Source of the DNA: Anthoceros angustus
Taxonomy: Eukaryota; Plantae; Anthocerotophyta
Reading direction: 5' to 3'
Length of the DNA stretch: 64,000 bases
NCBI GenBank assembly: GCA_010909165.1
Contig: VJWM01000126.1
Location: forward strand, 310,001 to 374,000
The notes below the pieces were generated by a model that was not told the DNA's origin, did not search any database, and was given only the letters and a program-made list of their open reading frames with translations. The translations under genes were made by a program, and so were the position numbers. Below are positions 47,450-58,530 of this stretch, piece by piece; within the stretch, counting starts at the first letter, position 1, and each line of letters starts with the position of its first letter.

Positions 47450-48530
47450 ATGCCCCGTTCAAGAAGATTTAATCTGCTGTGCAAATGCTTTGAGCACGCC
47501 TATGAAGTGGGTGTGAAGCCCAACACCTATGACGTGTTGAGCTTCATGCCGTTCTGTTGCATCTCAGCATTGTCCAGCCTTGGTAGACCCTGCTATGATG
47601 GCTGTCCTAAGACAAAACTGTTAGGGAAGACAAATCCTTGAAGACGGCAATACCGTCTGCGAGACTCCCACAGTTCACAATCGTGGTTACCTCCATCTCG
47701 CCCAACTCTTTGTTTGGATCCAACCCATGCTTTGCCAAATGGCCTTGGTAGTGCTCTGCAAGCATGTGGCGTCTAAGGTTTGCAGAGAAGGAGGAAGGGC
47801 AGTTGTGCACTGGGAGCATTGTCAAAGTTGGGTGCCTGCAAAAGGGGAAGGAGTTACAAGCTGAAGCTGCCCACTCGGGGTTGGAGCAGGATGTCTTCGT
47901 CGGCAGTGCACTGGTTAGTATGTACGCAAGGTGGGCTGCAGCATAGCCTCTGTGTCCGCCATACCCGCCCTAACCAGCCAAGGATGTCAATTTATGTAGA
48001 TTTTGTGAGCTACAGTGGGCATCACCCTGAAGTACTCATCCACCATTGCGACAGAACGGATTGTGATGGTTCGGTGATCAGGATCCACTCCATGTCGTCG
48101 CCTCTCTTTAAGCACTGCATTGCCATCTTACACGTGACGCAGATGAGACGAGACACACAGCAGGTGCGTCAAAGAGGCCTCGCCAGAGCTGGATTGAGCA
48201 TGAGGAGAGAGTGCATACATTTCTGGTAGGCAACCACAGTCACCACTAAGATGGACTGCTTCATCATATATCGAGCAAGCTGAGAACGAAGCTAGAGGAG
48301 GCGGGATAGGCTCTACAAACAGATGTCATCAGAAGCAAGATGAAAGTCTGAAACAAGCTACAACCTCGAAAGGGAGCCCCTCCAGGCAGCTTCAGAATTT
48401 GCCGTGATGGGTGTTTTTGTAAATTATCTATCCCCAAGGAAAACTTGATCACAAATCATAGGAGAAGGGTAGTTGTCAAACTCCAGCTTACTCGCATTCA
48501 AGGTTGTTAGTCCATAAGTGGGTCGTTTTG
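47450..48530. pseudogene. Decayed PPR(-DYW) debris on both strands
   Basis: Minus strand 47450-47760: CGSLADGIAVFKDLS..TAIIAG and ACSKH..G..VHA. Plus strand: LQKGKELQ..GLEQDVFVGSALVSMYA (47830-47930) and KRPRQSWIEHEERVHTFLVGNHSH (~48170-48245), with stops. Confidence 0.7.
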
Positions 48531-48627
48531 ATCGCAAGTGTTTCCTTGAGGCTGACAACAGCTTTCACCTTGCTTTTGGAGCCGCGTGCAAAGCATGTGA
48601 CCCCGATGGAGCAGATCTTGGGCCAGC

Positions 48628-50266
48628 TCAAACCGTGGTAAGCTCCTGCAAATCATGAATGTCAGATCGTGCTTTCAAGCACATTCATGGAGATCCTCAC
48701 CACCACATGCATTATACCTTCTCTTTCTGCTTAAACAGGCCATCGACTTTCTTCACATAATCGTCTGTAAGTTTCTGCGAAGCGCCCGGCCACGAGGTTC
48801 AATTGCTTGTCCATCAATCTACCTATGTCAGCCAGAAATTCCAACTTGAGCCTTCCCAACCAACCTGGATCTCCCCTGAAAGGTCCTTCACGTTATCGGT
48901 GGATAGCTTCTTCTCCTGAAAGAAGCACAAGTACAGAGTGACCTTCTTTTCTTTGCAATAACACCCTCCAAATGCCACCGATCAATAAGAGTGAAAAAAA
49001 CCTTCTCCAGTTTCTCATAAGCTTTGATTGCATCCCGTCGAACATTTCTGATTGCTACCTTGCCCTCCTCTGCCAGCCTTGACACCAGTTTCAGAAGTTC
49101 CTGCAACAGGCAGCCCATCCTCTCTGTTACTCCAGATGGCCAGTCGCAATGCTGTATTGGACACACTTCGTCACAAACCTTTCTTCTTTCAGCTGTCAGC
49201 TGCGGTATGATGAGCCGTATTACACTTCCATCGTTGCTCGGTGTCAGCCCCAAGTCAGATTTCGTGATAGCCTTTTCAATGGCTGATAGACTGCAGAGAG
49301 GCATCAACATACATACTTTCAGCGTTATTGATTTCAGAAGGAGAACAAGGACATACGAAGACGTGACAGAAGACATCCAATCACCTGGACTTGTCAAATG
49401 GCTGGACGAGAATGGTGCTGCCATCCGGTGTGGTCACCTGAGCAATGCTTTTCAGTATAACCGAGCTACCATAGTATTCTACCTGACAGATCCCACAAAA
49501 TCCATAGAATTAAGCCCCATCCACAAGCTCCAAGCTACAACCCACAACCAGGGTCCGATCCCCAAACCTCCACTCTGTCAAGTAAAGACGGGCTTGCCCT
49601 TCCCGTCCTCACTGTGTTGAAATTTGCCTTCACAGCCTCCAAGCTTTTCTCCATCCTCTCCATCTGCTCAGGTCAACCCAAGGTTACCCACTGAGCAGCC
49701 AAAACTTTCCAGCACAGAATTCTGCAAACCCATCAAAACCTTCCCCACATACTCACAGCATCCTCCTCAATCAGCTCCTTCTCAGCTTCAACGTCTTCGG
49801 CAGTGGCAGCTCTCGCAGGCATGAATCTGCCACCACAGTAACCCGCATTGCATCACCCAACAAAACCCAAAAAATCCACATTACAGCCAGATTGCTACAC
49901 TCCTCCAGAAGCCACCTCCCAACATGAGGCCGGGTAGCAACTTGAGAAGCCTGCAACGCCCGCTGCCTGGTGGGCCTGCTCAGCTGCTGCGGCAAGCTCC
50001 ATAGCCCCCGCTTCGATCCGGGCACCACGCAGGACCTGCTGAATCCAGCGTCTGCAAACCAAAGCACCACACTGTCACAGTTCAAAGGCAGCACTTCAAG
50101 CGAATCCGTCAGCCCTTGAACATCCAATCCAGCACCACGAAGTAGGACGGATAGAGTTGGTGCCTGAATGCAGCTGCTGGTGGCAGTAGTACCGTGGAGT
50201 CGGCGAGGCAGCAAGTGTGCGGGAGGTAGAGCAGGTGGCAGCAACACCTGCCATCGCCATAGCCAT
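48628..50266 (-). CDS. RRF: Plastid-type ribosome recycling factor with transit peptide
   Basis: [57 protein letters not shown], ending ELTTV*. Ser/Ala-rich N-terminus MAMAMAG. Confidence 0.93.
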
Positions 50267-50452
50267 TCTGTGGATGGAACTGTCCGCGCAAATCACCCCG
50301 TTTTGAATGTGATCGGAGTTGGGCATCAAACGGTGGAAGCACCCCGTTCCCCGTTATCTCTTTGGTTTTGCGTTATTTGACTGCCATATTCCCTGTTACA
50401 TGCATAATACGTAAGTACATATGTTACATACATACATACATAGAAGGCTCCC

Positions 50453-50460
50453 TAGGGTTT
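50453..50460 (-). promoter_or_regulatory. Telo-box (AAACCCTA) between the divergent RRF and RPL35A genes
   Basis: tagggttt on the + strand, ~90 bp upstream of the RPL35A ATG. This element is typical of plant ribosomal-protein promoters. Confidence 0.55.
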
Positions 50461-50551
50461 TACATATAGTGCTCAGATTGGTACTCGAATCCTTCTTTCG
50501 TTCTTCTACGACTTCGGCCGCCAGCGCCTGACTCAGTTCTCGTCGCTGAAG

Positions 50552-51263
50552 ATGCCGGAAACCAAAGGCGAGACCGTGAGGTATGTCGGCTTTTCCGTCT
50601 CGCCGATCTCGCCTGTTGCAGGAGTTCTGGGCTGACCTCTTTATCGAGCTGGAATTCTTCCGCAAGGATTGTGATTTGAGGCACTGTGGCTGGTCTATGT
50701 TTTGCTGACTTTTAGGTTTCCTGTGTTCGCTTGCTGTGATGAGCAGGTTGTACGTCCGAGGGATTGTCTTGGGCTACAAGAGGTAAGCTCATTGTTGTGG
50801 GCGTCTTTTGCTTGCCCCGCACTTTGTGTCTTCTGCGAGGGGAGTTGGGAGGTCTGGGCGCTTCTAGGGCTGAAAATGATAGCGAACGGTATTGTGAAGG
50901 TCCAAGTCGAATCAGTACCCGAGCACCTCCCTGCTGCAAATCGAGGGAGTGAACACGAAGGAGGAAGTTAACTGGTACCTTGGGAAGAAGTTGGCCTACA
51001 TCTACAAGGGCAAGACCAAGAAGAACGGAACTCTGTTCCGTTGCATATGGGGGAAGGTTGTGCGGCCACATGGCAACAGTGGTGTTGTTCGAGCCAAATT
51101 CCGGAAGAACTTGCCGCCTGCATCTCTGGTACGTCTGTCTGTTCGTTCATATCTCCCTTGTTTAAGACGGATTTTTCCGTGAGGTGGATCTCTGATCTTA
51201 CACGAAACCTTGTCCATGCAGGGCGGGAAAGTGAGGGTGTTCTTGTACCCTAGCCGGATCTAG
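50552..51263 (+). CDS. RPL35A: 60S ribosomal protein L35a (eL33), 4 exons
   Basis: R|[12 protein letters not shown]|[40 protein letters not shown]..|[13 protein letters not shown]. Confidence 0.96.
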
Positions 51264-52149
51264 GGTCCCTTCCTGCGAAGCAGGATGAGCTAATTTTGGT
51301 TTCTGACTGCTAGTCGTCAGTTGAGGGGTAGCAGTACGTAACGTCGATGGATGTGAGTACATGAAAGGCAGCTTATCACTAGCATGATGAGGCTTTTGTA
51401 AACTTGCAGCTCCAAGAATTAGAGCAATTCTGGGAGCTTGTTGTCTTTTACATGAATTTAGGCTTTTCCTCCTGTGCGTTGCCGGCGTGTTGCTGTTTCC
51501 TATTCTACCTTCCGCGTAGTGGTGAGAAATGGTATGAGAACGTGATGAGAGACGCGTGGAAGTGGGTCATTTTATTTTGACGATGTGGAGATGGTGAATC
51601 AAGATAGTTGTCATGCCCATTCGTTTCCTTGTGGCTCACAGCTTGACTGAGTTTCAAATTTTGCTGCATGCTTGCGAAAGGCTTGTGGCTTTACAATTTG
51701 CCTATTTTATAACTTACATTATTATCATAATTTACGGTCCACAAGGGTACTTTTTTATTCCACTTAAATTACACCTACACCAAATTGCAAATTCACATCT
51801 ATAAATTTGATGAAATAATATGATATAGATAATTTATAGAACATAAGTAATTTATATAATCTATGTAATACAAATGTAAAATATATAGAATAAATACCTA
51901 GAGGGACAGACGGGATAGTATGAAGCTCTCCTTACTCTCAGAAAAGCTTGACAAGTGCTGCAAAGTGCTAAGTGCTACCGAAATGCAGAACGCTTCTCCA
52001 ACCTACTCCTCTCCTCGCAGGTTGTAGGGGCGAGTGTGAGGCCACGAGCGACAGCGATGGACAGGGACTGGTGACAATGTATCACGCATGGATGATTTGC
52101 AGCCAGCAGCCTCGCCCTCATATTATGGATCGTCGCGCAAGATGGAGAA

Positions 52150-52545
52150 GGTGACAATCATGGACACCACTCCGAATCAATCATGGACACCACTCCGAAT
52201 CATATGCTGTCATTGATACAACTCCAGTTGGGGAAGGGAAAAACTCCACCGGTGACAATCATGGACACCACTCCGAATCATATGCTGTCATTGATACAAC
52301 TCCAGTTGGGGAAGGGAAAAACTCCACCTCTCCTCATCGATTCATAACTTACTAGCTCTAAGCCCATAGTGATTAAACTCCAACATAACACAATGAGCTT
52401 CTCTAGTATTAGGTGCCACTACAACATAACACAATGAGCTTCTCTAGAAGTAGATGGCACTGCAACATAACACAATGAGCTTCTCTAGTATTAGGTGCCA
52501 CTGCAACATAACACAATGAGCTTCTCTAGTATTAGGTGCCATCTG
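52150..52545. repeat. Two short tandem arrays (~75-bp unit x2; acaacataacacaatgagcttctctag-containing unit x4)
   Basis: Directly visible. Lies adjacent to the transposase remnant. Confidence 0.85.
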
Positions 52546-52599
52546 CTTCATAACCCGTTCACCTTTCAATCTATCAGCTACGGAAATATTAGGTAGCAA

Positions 52600-53175
52600 C
52601 TTCCTATGCTTTACATCTAACATTGCAGCAGCAAAGAAGCAATCATGCCAACCAAATTCCTTGTGTACACTCCACAAATCCAGCAAGTGCAGCTCAATTT
52701 CATAGGAGTGGACACAGTAAAGTCACTCCCCCTTTTGTCCAAAAGTGATGGTAGTTTGCTCGTTGAAATGTGTATCTAGCTTCTCTAACATCCAATATGC
52801 ATCCCCCAAGTTACCTTTTCCCCTTTAATTGATATATAACATCACATAGAAGTTGAAATACAACAATTAAATACTTCACATCCAGCCAAAATGTTCCACC
52901 ATTATGTATCACCTTGAAAGCAATTCCAAAACTTTCAATCATTAGTAGGAAAGGCCGGATCATCCACCACTGCGAGAATAGCCTGCTTGTTAACTATCAA
53001 ACTATTCATACTTAGAAGGAAGCTAGCAAACCAAGTCTTTACATCCTTTTGCAACTCGTGCTTGATCTTCAATCTACGTCGTGTTTTTTCAAGCAAAGAA
53101 TGTGGAGTTGTCTTTGCTCCACAAGCCATCTTTCTTGCAAAAGCCCCCTTCATGCCACCACCAATATGTCTCAAG
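52600..53175 (-). mobile_element. hAT-type (DUF659-like) transposase remnant
   Basis: KTWFASFLLSMNSLIVNKQAILAVV..FWN resembles the TRF(A)S..l.sl...k.al...v / FW block. Multiple stops. Confidence 0.55.
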
Positions 53176-53826
53176 CCGCACTCGCAAGTGCACCGAAACC
53201 GGATGCTGAGTCTCTCTTACATTATAAGGGTTATCTTACCTTATCTTATTATATAATTACAGTGATAAAAATATAATATATTTTTATTTTCATTTTCATT
53301 TATAGTTATATAATATAAATAATTGTATATAATTTTATTATTATTATTATTATCATAAGATATAATTATTACATATTATTTCATCTTAGGGTGATAATTA
53401 TTATCGTCATTACTACTATGCTGGGGTCTTACCGTTAATGCTCGCAATCGTATACCTGTCCGCTTTGTATTGCATTGCTGCAACATTGCTCAGTGGTAGG
53501 TATGATGATGAGGGCTTTGTACTGCATTGCTGCAACATTGCTCCGTGGTAGGTATGATGATGGGGGTATATCCTGTCCTACCCATAGGTCAGCTCCTTTG
53601 TCTTGTTGCAGAAGTTGTAAATTTGCAGTTTGATGGCAGAAAGGCAAGGTACTTGCTCTGCGTATGAACAGCGTATATATTTTTGGCCTGGTTTTTGCCA
53701 TGTTTGATCAAAATTTGCAACACAAGGAGGTATGGGTACACTTCAAGCCATTAGCTCGGAGCTGTAAACATTGCTATGTATGACAGACTACGATAGCAAG
53801 GTTTTTTCCCGGAGCTCTGTGCAGCT

Positions 53827-55239
53827 CTACATATCGGCGGCAAGTTTCAATCCGTTCAATCCGCACAACTGGGACAAAGCGAAGCCTGTGACTTTACGCC
53901 CGTTGAGGCTCTGTAATGGCCTGTTGTTAGCCGCCTGCACAGGGAAATGCAACAGGTGAGCGATAAGTGGGAGGATGTTGTGAGTGCGGGAACTGAGTTT
54001 TCAGCAGAAAGCCAGGAGGAGGAGGAGTCTTACTGGACGCAGGCGATGGTACGCATCGAGTTGGGATTGGGAGACCTCCGCAATCTGGTAGCCAGGAAGA
54101 GCACTTGAGTCAAGATATTGCGCTGGAAAAAAGCAAAGGGACCTACATTGCACTGGAACAGATTCTTGGTTACCTCTTGAAGAACAGTCCAGACGAGTCC
54201 CTCAGTGCAGGGAGGAGTGGTGAGCGAGCCAGCGTATCGCCAGTAGGGCGACTCCAAGGAGATGCCCAAGCCCTCGGCGCTGAGAGCAGGGATCGAGATG
54301 CGGGCTGTTGGATACTTCTCCAGCAATGGGACGCGACTCAAAAACTGGAGGGCCCACAGAATTCCGAATCACCTCCATGGGTAAGCAGAAGCAGCAGTGA
54401 CAAGCTCCAGAACTCTCGAGACGTGTTGGGGCACTTAGGTACCTGTTCCAAGAACGTGTTGTTGTTGGGGCCCAGCTCGTACAGGATGCCCACGACAGCA
54501 TTGTGTTGCCCGTCGGCCGTTGTGTGGACGAGGTGAACCTCCAGGGGGTAGCTGGAGGCATGAAGCGCAAGATGGCGATGTCAGGACAGGCCTACTCAAC
54601 AAACGCTACAACTCGAAGCGATTAAAGCCGGTTCCTGAAGGGACGGAGCCCTGTTACCTTTTCCCGCCAACGGTGTGCTCGGACGGGGTGTGGAAGTGCA
54701 CATTGTCAGGATAGTACACCGCGCCGTTCACCTCCAGAGCGCCCCAGCTGCTATCCAATTCTGCCTGCAGGTACCGACATTGATGAAGTGGTGAGCTGCA
54801 GCCAAGGAGCCGTAGCCACCCACTCCTGCCCAGAGGCCCCTTCCCAGGTGCAACCCATTCACCTTAGCGTTGTGCGTGTCCAGGTAGAAAAGGGCAGGCT
54901 TGGGACTGTCGACGGGATACTGGAAATCAAGAGGACCCAAGGGGACACTGCCCTCGTCGAGAACAATGTCGATTGGGGACTGCGACTTCCCGTTCCCACA
55001 CGCAGCCCAGGCAGGCGACAGGTCGCCCCATTTGTCAGGAGCAATGTCACCTATGTACCCATAATCAACTGTCTCACACCAGCAGCAATGCCAAAGTCAG
55101 TGCAGCTCGTGCAGACAGCAAAGTGGACAGGAAGGAAGACCGCAGCTGGGAACCAGAACAGCAAGGCAAGGCCTGTACCTGCTGTAGCCAAACTGACGAA
55201 GAGCAAGGCAGAGACGAGCAGCAGATACAAGGAAGCCAT
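53827..55239 (-). CDS. Secreted alpha-carbonic anhydrase
   Basis: Signal peptide, then YIGDIAPDKWGDL, CGNGKSQSPID, zinc ligands HFHTPSEH and LEVHLVH, YWRYAGSLTTPPCTEG, NNRPLQSLNGRKV. About 7 exons. Confidence 0.93.
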
Positions 55240-56382
55240 GGCTGAAGGCAGACTGGCTGGGAGTGCTACTACCCCTACACCACTGTGGAGCTAGCTATAT
55301 ACTGCCATCGGGGCTCATCAGCACCTTGGACTGTCGTGGGGCGAAAACGGCCACTGCTGGCGTCATCATCTACGTGCAAATTGCACAACCGTACACAGCA
55401 TTGGGCGTCACCTCTGGAGAGGTGGGACAAGATACGTGTTTCATACACAACCTGCACGAAGTATATCCGCAGCCCAGTACGTCCTGACACTGCAGTGTGC
55501 ACCGGAAGGTCGTTGGGCAGTGGCTGCTTCCGGAGTTCCAAACTTCATGGCAGGCCCATCAGCATGCCCAGTCCTACCAAATGAGATACACGTACATACA
55601 GTACTCCATTCACCCTTGTATGTATGTGATAATGTGTATGGATGTGCATTGTACGTAAACGCACCTTGTACATACACGTCCTTAGAAGATATTTCTCTCT
55701 CGCTGGGAGCAGAGGATGAGGATAAGGGTAAGGCTTGGGTTGAATCACAGGACGTGTGTCCGACTTGCAACCTCGTTTGGGGAGTGTGATAAGAGTGTCA
55801 GTCGGGGCTGTTGCACCGACCATGGCCCATCCATCCTAAAGAGCTTTTGTGTGCCGGCATTACTGGACTTTCTGAGAGCCAACAGGCATGTGCTTGGGAT
55901 CCGAAATCGATCCGCCCCAACAGCTTCTTAAAATAGACCTCCATTCAATTCTGTCTGGCCGTGTCCGCAGGGTGAAAGTCACCAATCCAGACGCAACTTA
56001 AGGCTTAAGTGACTTGGTGGATTTTCGGATAGTTCATCAATCGGATCACTGATGAATGATGCTCGATGGGTGATGGGGCAGATCGGTTGGAGAGGCTTGT
56101 TCACGAGTCACAAGCCAAGTATGCATCTTCGTATTCCGACATGGATCTCCCGAAGGTCCATTCGGATGTCGGTAGGCAGTTCAGATGGGTGCTCGGTAGA
56201 GATTGGTTAAGGGGTAAGGGCTCATCCCTCCCGACTTCGGACAAGGTTAGGGTGGTTCTTCCGTCAGAGAAACTTATCAGGGCAGGCGTTCGATCAATCG
56301 AACATGCCAGGACGGAATTTGCTCACCGGGTTTTTGAGAAGCTCGAGGCTGCGTTTTCTCCGCTGCTCATGGACACACACGG

Positions 56383-58245
56383 TCATGAGACAGGCCAGGA
56401 GATAGCGCGCACTTGCGTGAGATCAAGCACGAACCTGATGAGTTGGAAGATGTGGAGGAGGAGAAGAGTTACTCCGTAGGTGAAGTCCCCAGGTACGACA
56501 TCAAACCGCGGGAAGAAGGGCGTGATGGCGCTGTGGTACCATTTCTTCAGCTCCAAGGGTTCCTGCAAGGGATCAAAGGGTTTAGGCAAGCGAGACCACT
56601 GAGACCCTTCAGCGTCAAACATCACGAGCTCGTTCAACAGGTTACGACAGCCGACATAGCACATGCGGGGGCCGCCGGTGGCCATGAACATGAAATTGCA
56701 ATCCCTGGAGAAGCAGTCTTCCATCTTCATCTGGGTTTTGTCGTCGGCAGTCCAGATTTTCTCGTCTGGGTTGTAACGCATGATGCAGAAGCGGCGAGGA
56801 GGGCCTGGAGGTGGCTCAGGAACTTCCTCCTCCTCTTCCTCCATAACTTCCTCCTCCGCCTTCCCTTTCTTACCTTTGCTGTCTCCTTTCTTGTCCCCCT
56901 TGGCATCCTTCTTACCGTCTGCCTTGCCGTCCCCCTTCTTGGCGTCTGCTTTGCCATCCCCCTTCTTGGTATCTGCCTTGGCGTCCCCCTTCTTGGCATC
57001 TGCCTTGGCGTCCCCCTTCTTCGCATCTGCCTTGGCGTCCCCCTTCTTCGCATCTGCCTTGGCGTCCCCCTTCTTAGCATCTGCCTTGGCATCCCCCTTC
57101 TTCGCATCTGCCTTGGCGTCCCCCTTCTTAGCATCTGCCTTGGCATCCCCCTTCTTCGCATCTGCCTTGACATCCCCCTTCTTACCATCACCCTTCTTCT
57201 GGTTCGACTTGGAGGAGGCTTCGGAGTTGGAACCATCCGCCTCTGGAACCTCCTCCTCTGGCTTGGGCTCCGCAGGGACCGGCAGAGGGTCCATCTGGAT
57301 GGTGGCCACGAACTCAATCCTCGGGTGCTTCAGCTTGCCAAGCTGCTTGCTCACGAATAGTTCAAACTTGCAGCTGGTGAACTCCGCACCCTTGGGACAT
57401 ACAAATTCAGCCGGAGGATATATGACTCGGTACTCATCTTCCTCCACATCGTACCCCATAATCTGCAACCTCTTCACCGTGCTCTTCTTAGGATGGGGTG
57501 CAGCCTCCTGCAGAAAATACACCATGCTTCTCTCAACGCAGCTTCCATGCACCTCCTTGAATTCCACAGCCTCCTTCTTCCAGTTCCCCTGTATCCACTT
57601 CAGCGACCTCCAATTATACCGGTACGTCACCCAGCGGCACAATCCGCTGAACATGAGGCGGACCTTGAACACCAGAAGCTCGTACAGTTGCTTCTCATCG
57701 TTCCAAATGATCTCCTCGGAGATGATGCACTCGTTATGGCCCTTGTCCTCCTTAGGGCACGGAATCTCCCTCCACTTGTTGGTCATGGGGTTCCCCACCC
57801 AGTACATGGGCTCCCATTCCTTCCCCTTATCAACCTTTCCCCTAAACACAACCAGCCCGGACGTCCCCGCCGCTGAGCGACACAGCCGCACCGTGGTGGA
57901 CTCCATGGCATCGGGAACCTTGAACCTGCTCCAACTGGAATTGCTGGGGTCGAATATAAACATCACCGTCCCCATCTTCCAATGAGGATCACAATAATTG
58001 CAGGCTAAGAGCAGGCACGGCTGCTGAGGATCCACAGCCTGCGCCGTGGCAAGAGAGTTCCATCTCCGGCACACGGCCCGGCACTGGATGCGCGTAACCC
58101 ATGGCAGCCGTCCCAATATGCGGGACTGCAACTCGTCCGAAAGAAGCTCGATGTAGCAGATTTGCGGCTCCTCTACCACAGGCTCCGCTTCCTCTTCTGC
58201 CTTACCCTTCTTCTTCGCGGCTGGCGGCTTCTCTTTGGGCGCCAT
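56383..58245 (-). CDS. F-box protein with an internal Lys/Asp/Ala-rich 9-aa tandem repeat
   Basis: F-box LLSDELQSRILGRLPW..CRAVCRRWNSL and propeller-like C-region (YWVGNPMTNKWREIP). About 10 x KKGDAKADA at ~56912-57182. The 3' end may splice further. Confidence 0.85.
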   Translation of the reverse strand: MAPKEKPPAAKKKGKAEEEAEPVVEEPQICYIELLSDELQSRILGRLPWVTRIQCRAVCRRWNSLATAQAVDPQQPCLLLACNYCDPHWKMGTVMFIFDPSNSSWSRFKVPDAMESTTVRLCRSAAGTSGLVVFRGKVDKGKEWEPMYWVGNPMTNKWREIPCPKEDKGHNECIISEEIIWNDEKQLYELLVFKVRLMFSGLCRWVTYRYNWRSLKWIQGNWKKEAVEFKEVHGSCVERSMVYFLQEAAPHPKKSTVKRLQIMGYDVEEDEYRVIYPPAEFVCPKGAEFTSCKFELFVSKQLGKLKHPRIEFVATIQMDPLPVPAEPKPEEEVPEADGSNSEASSKSNQKKGDGKKGDVKADAKKGDAKADAKKGDAKADAKKGDAKADAKKGDAKADAKKGDAKADAKKGDAKADAKKGDAKADTKKGDGKADAKKGDGKADGKKDAKGDKKGDSKGKKGKAEEEVMEEEEEEVPEPPPGPPRRFCIMRYNPDEKIWTADDKTQMKMEDCFSRDCNFMFMATGGPRMCYVGCRNLLNELVMFDAEGSQWSRLPKPFDPLQEPLELKKWYHSAITPFFPRFDVVPGDFTYGVTLLLLHIFQLIRFVLDLTQVRAISWPVS

Positions 58246-58530
58246 CTCTGATCAGGCCGCACTTAAACCAGGCGGAAAACGCCTAGGACGAGCAGAAAAA
58301 AGAAACATGTCGTAGCGGGTGGGACTTTAGGGCAGAAAGGCGTGTCCGCCCAAATGACTCTCAACCAGTATTAAACAGAGTCTTTTTGGATTTCGAACTG
58401 CGAACGCTTACGGAGAATGCATGCAGTGGATTGACGCCAAAATGTCGGTCGTCACTTGACGACATGCCTTGGACGACCAGAAAGAATTGTTACACATGAT
58501 ACAAAATGAAAACAAGCATAGGAGGAAATG

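Noticed and set aside
55285-56380. Cys-containing short ORFs between the CA and F-box genes
   Set aside because: No coherent gene model. May be UTR or extra F-box exons.
56727-57985. Long alternative-frame and antisense ORFs over the F-box repeat (likewise 62101..62820 over the RRM gene)
   Set aside because: Stop-free shadows produced by low-complexity repeats.
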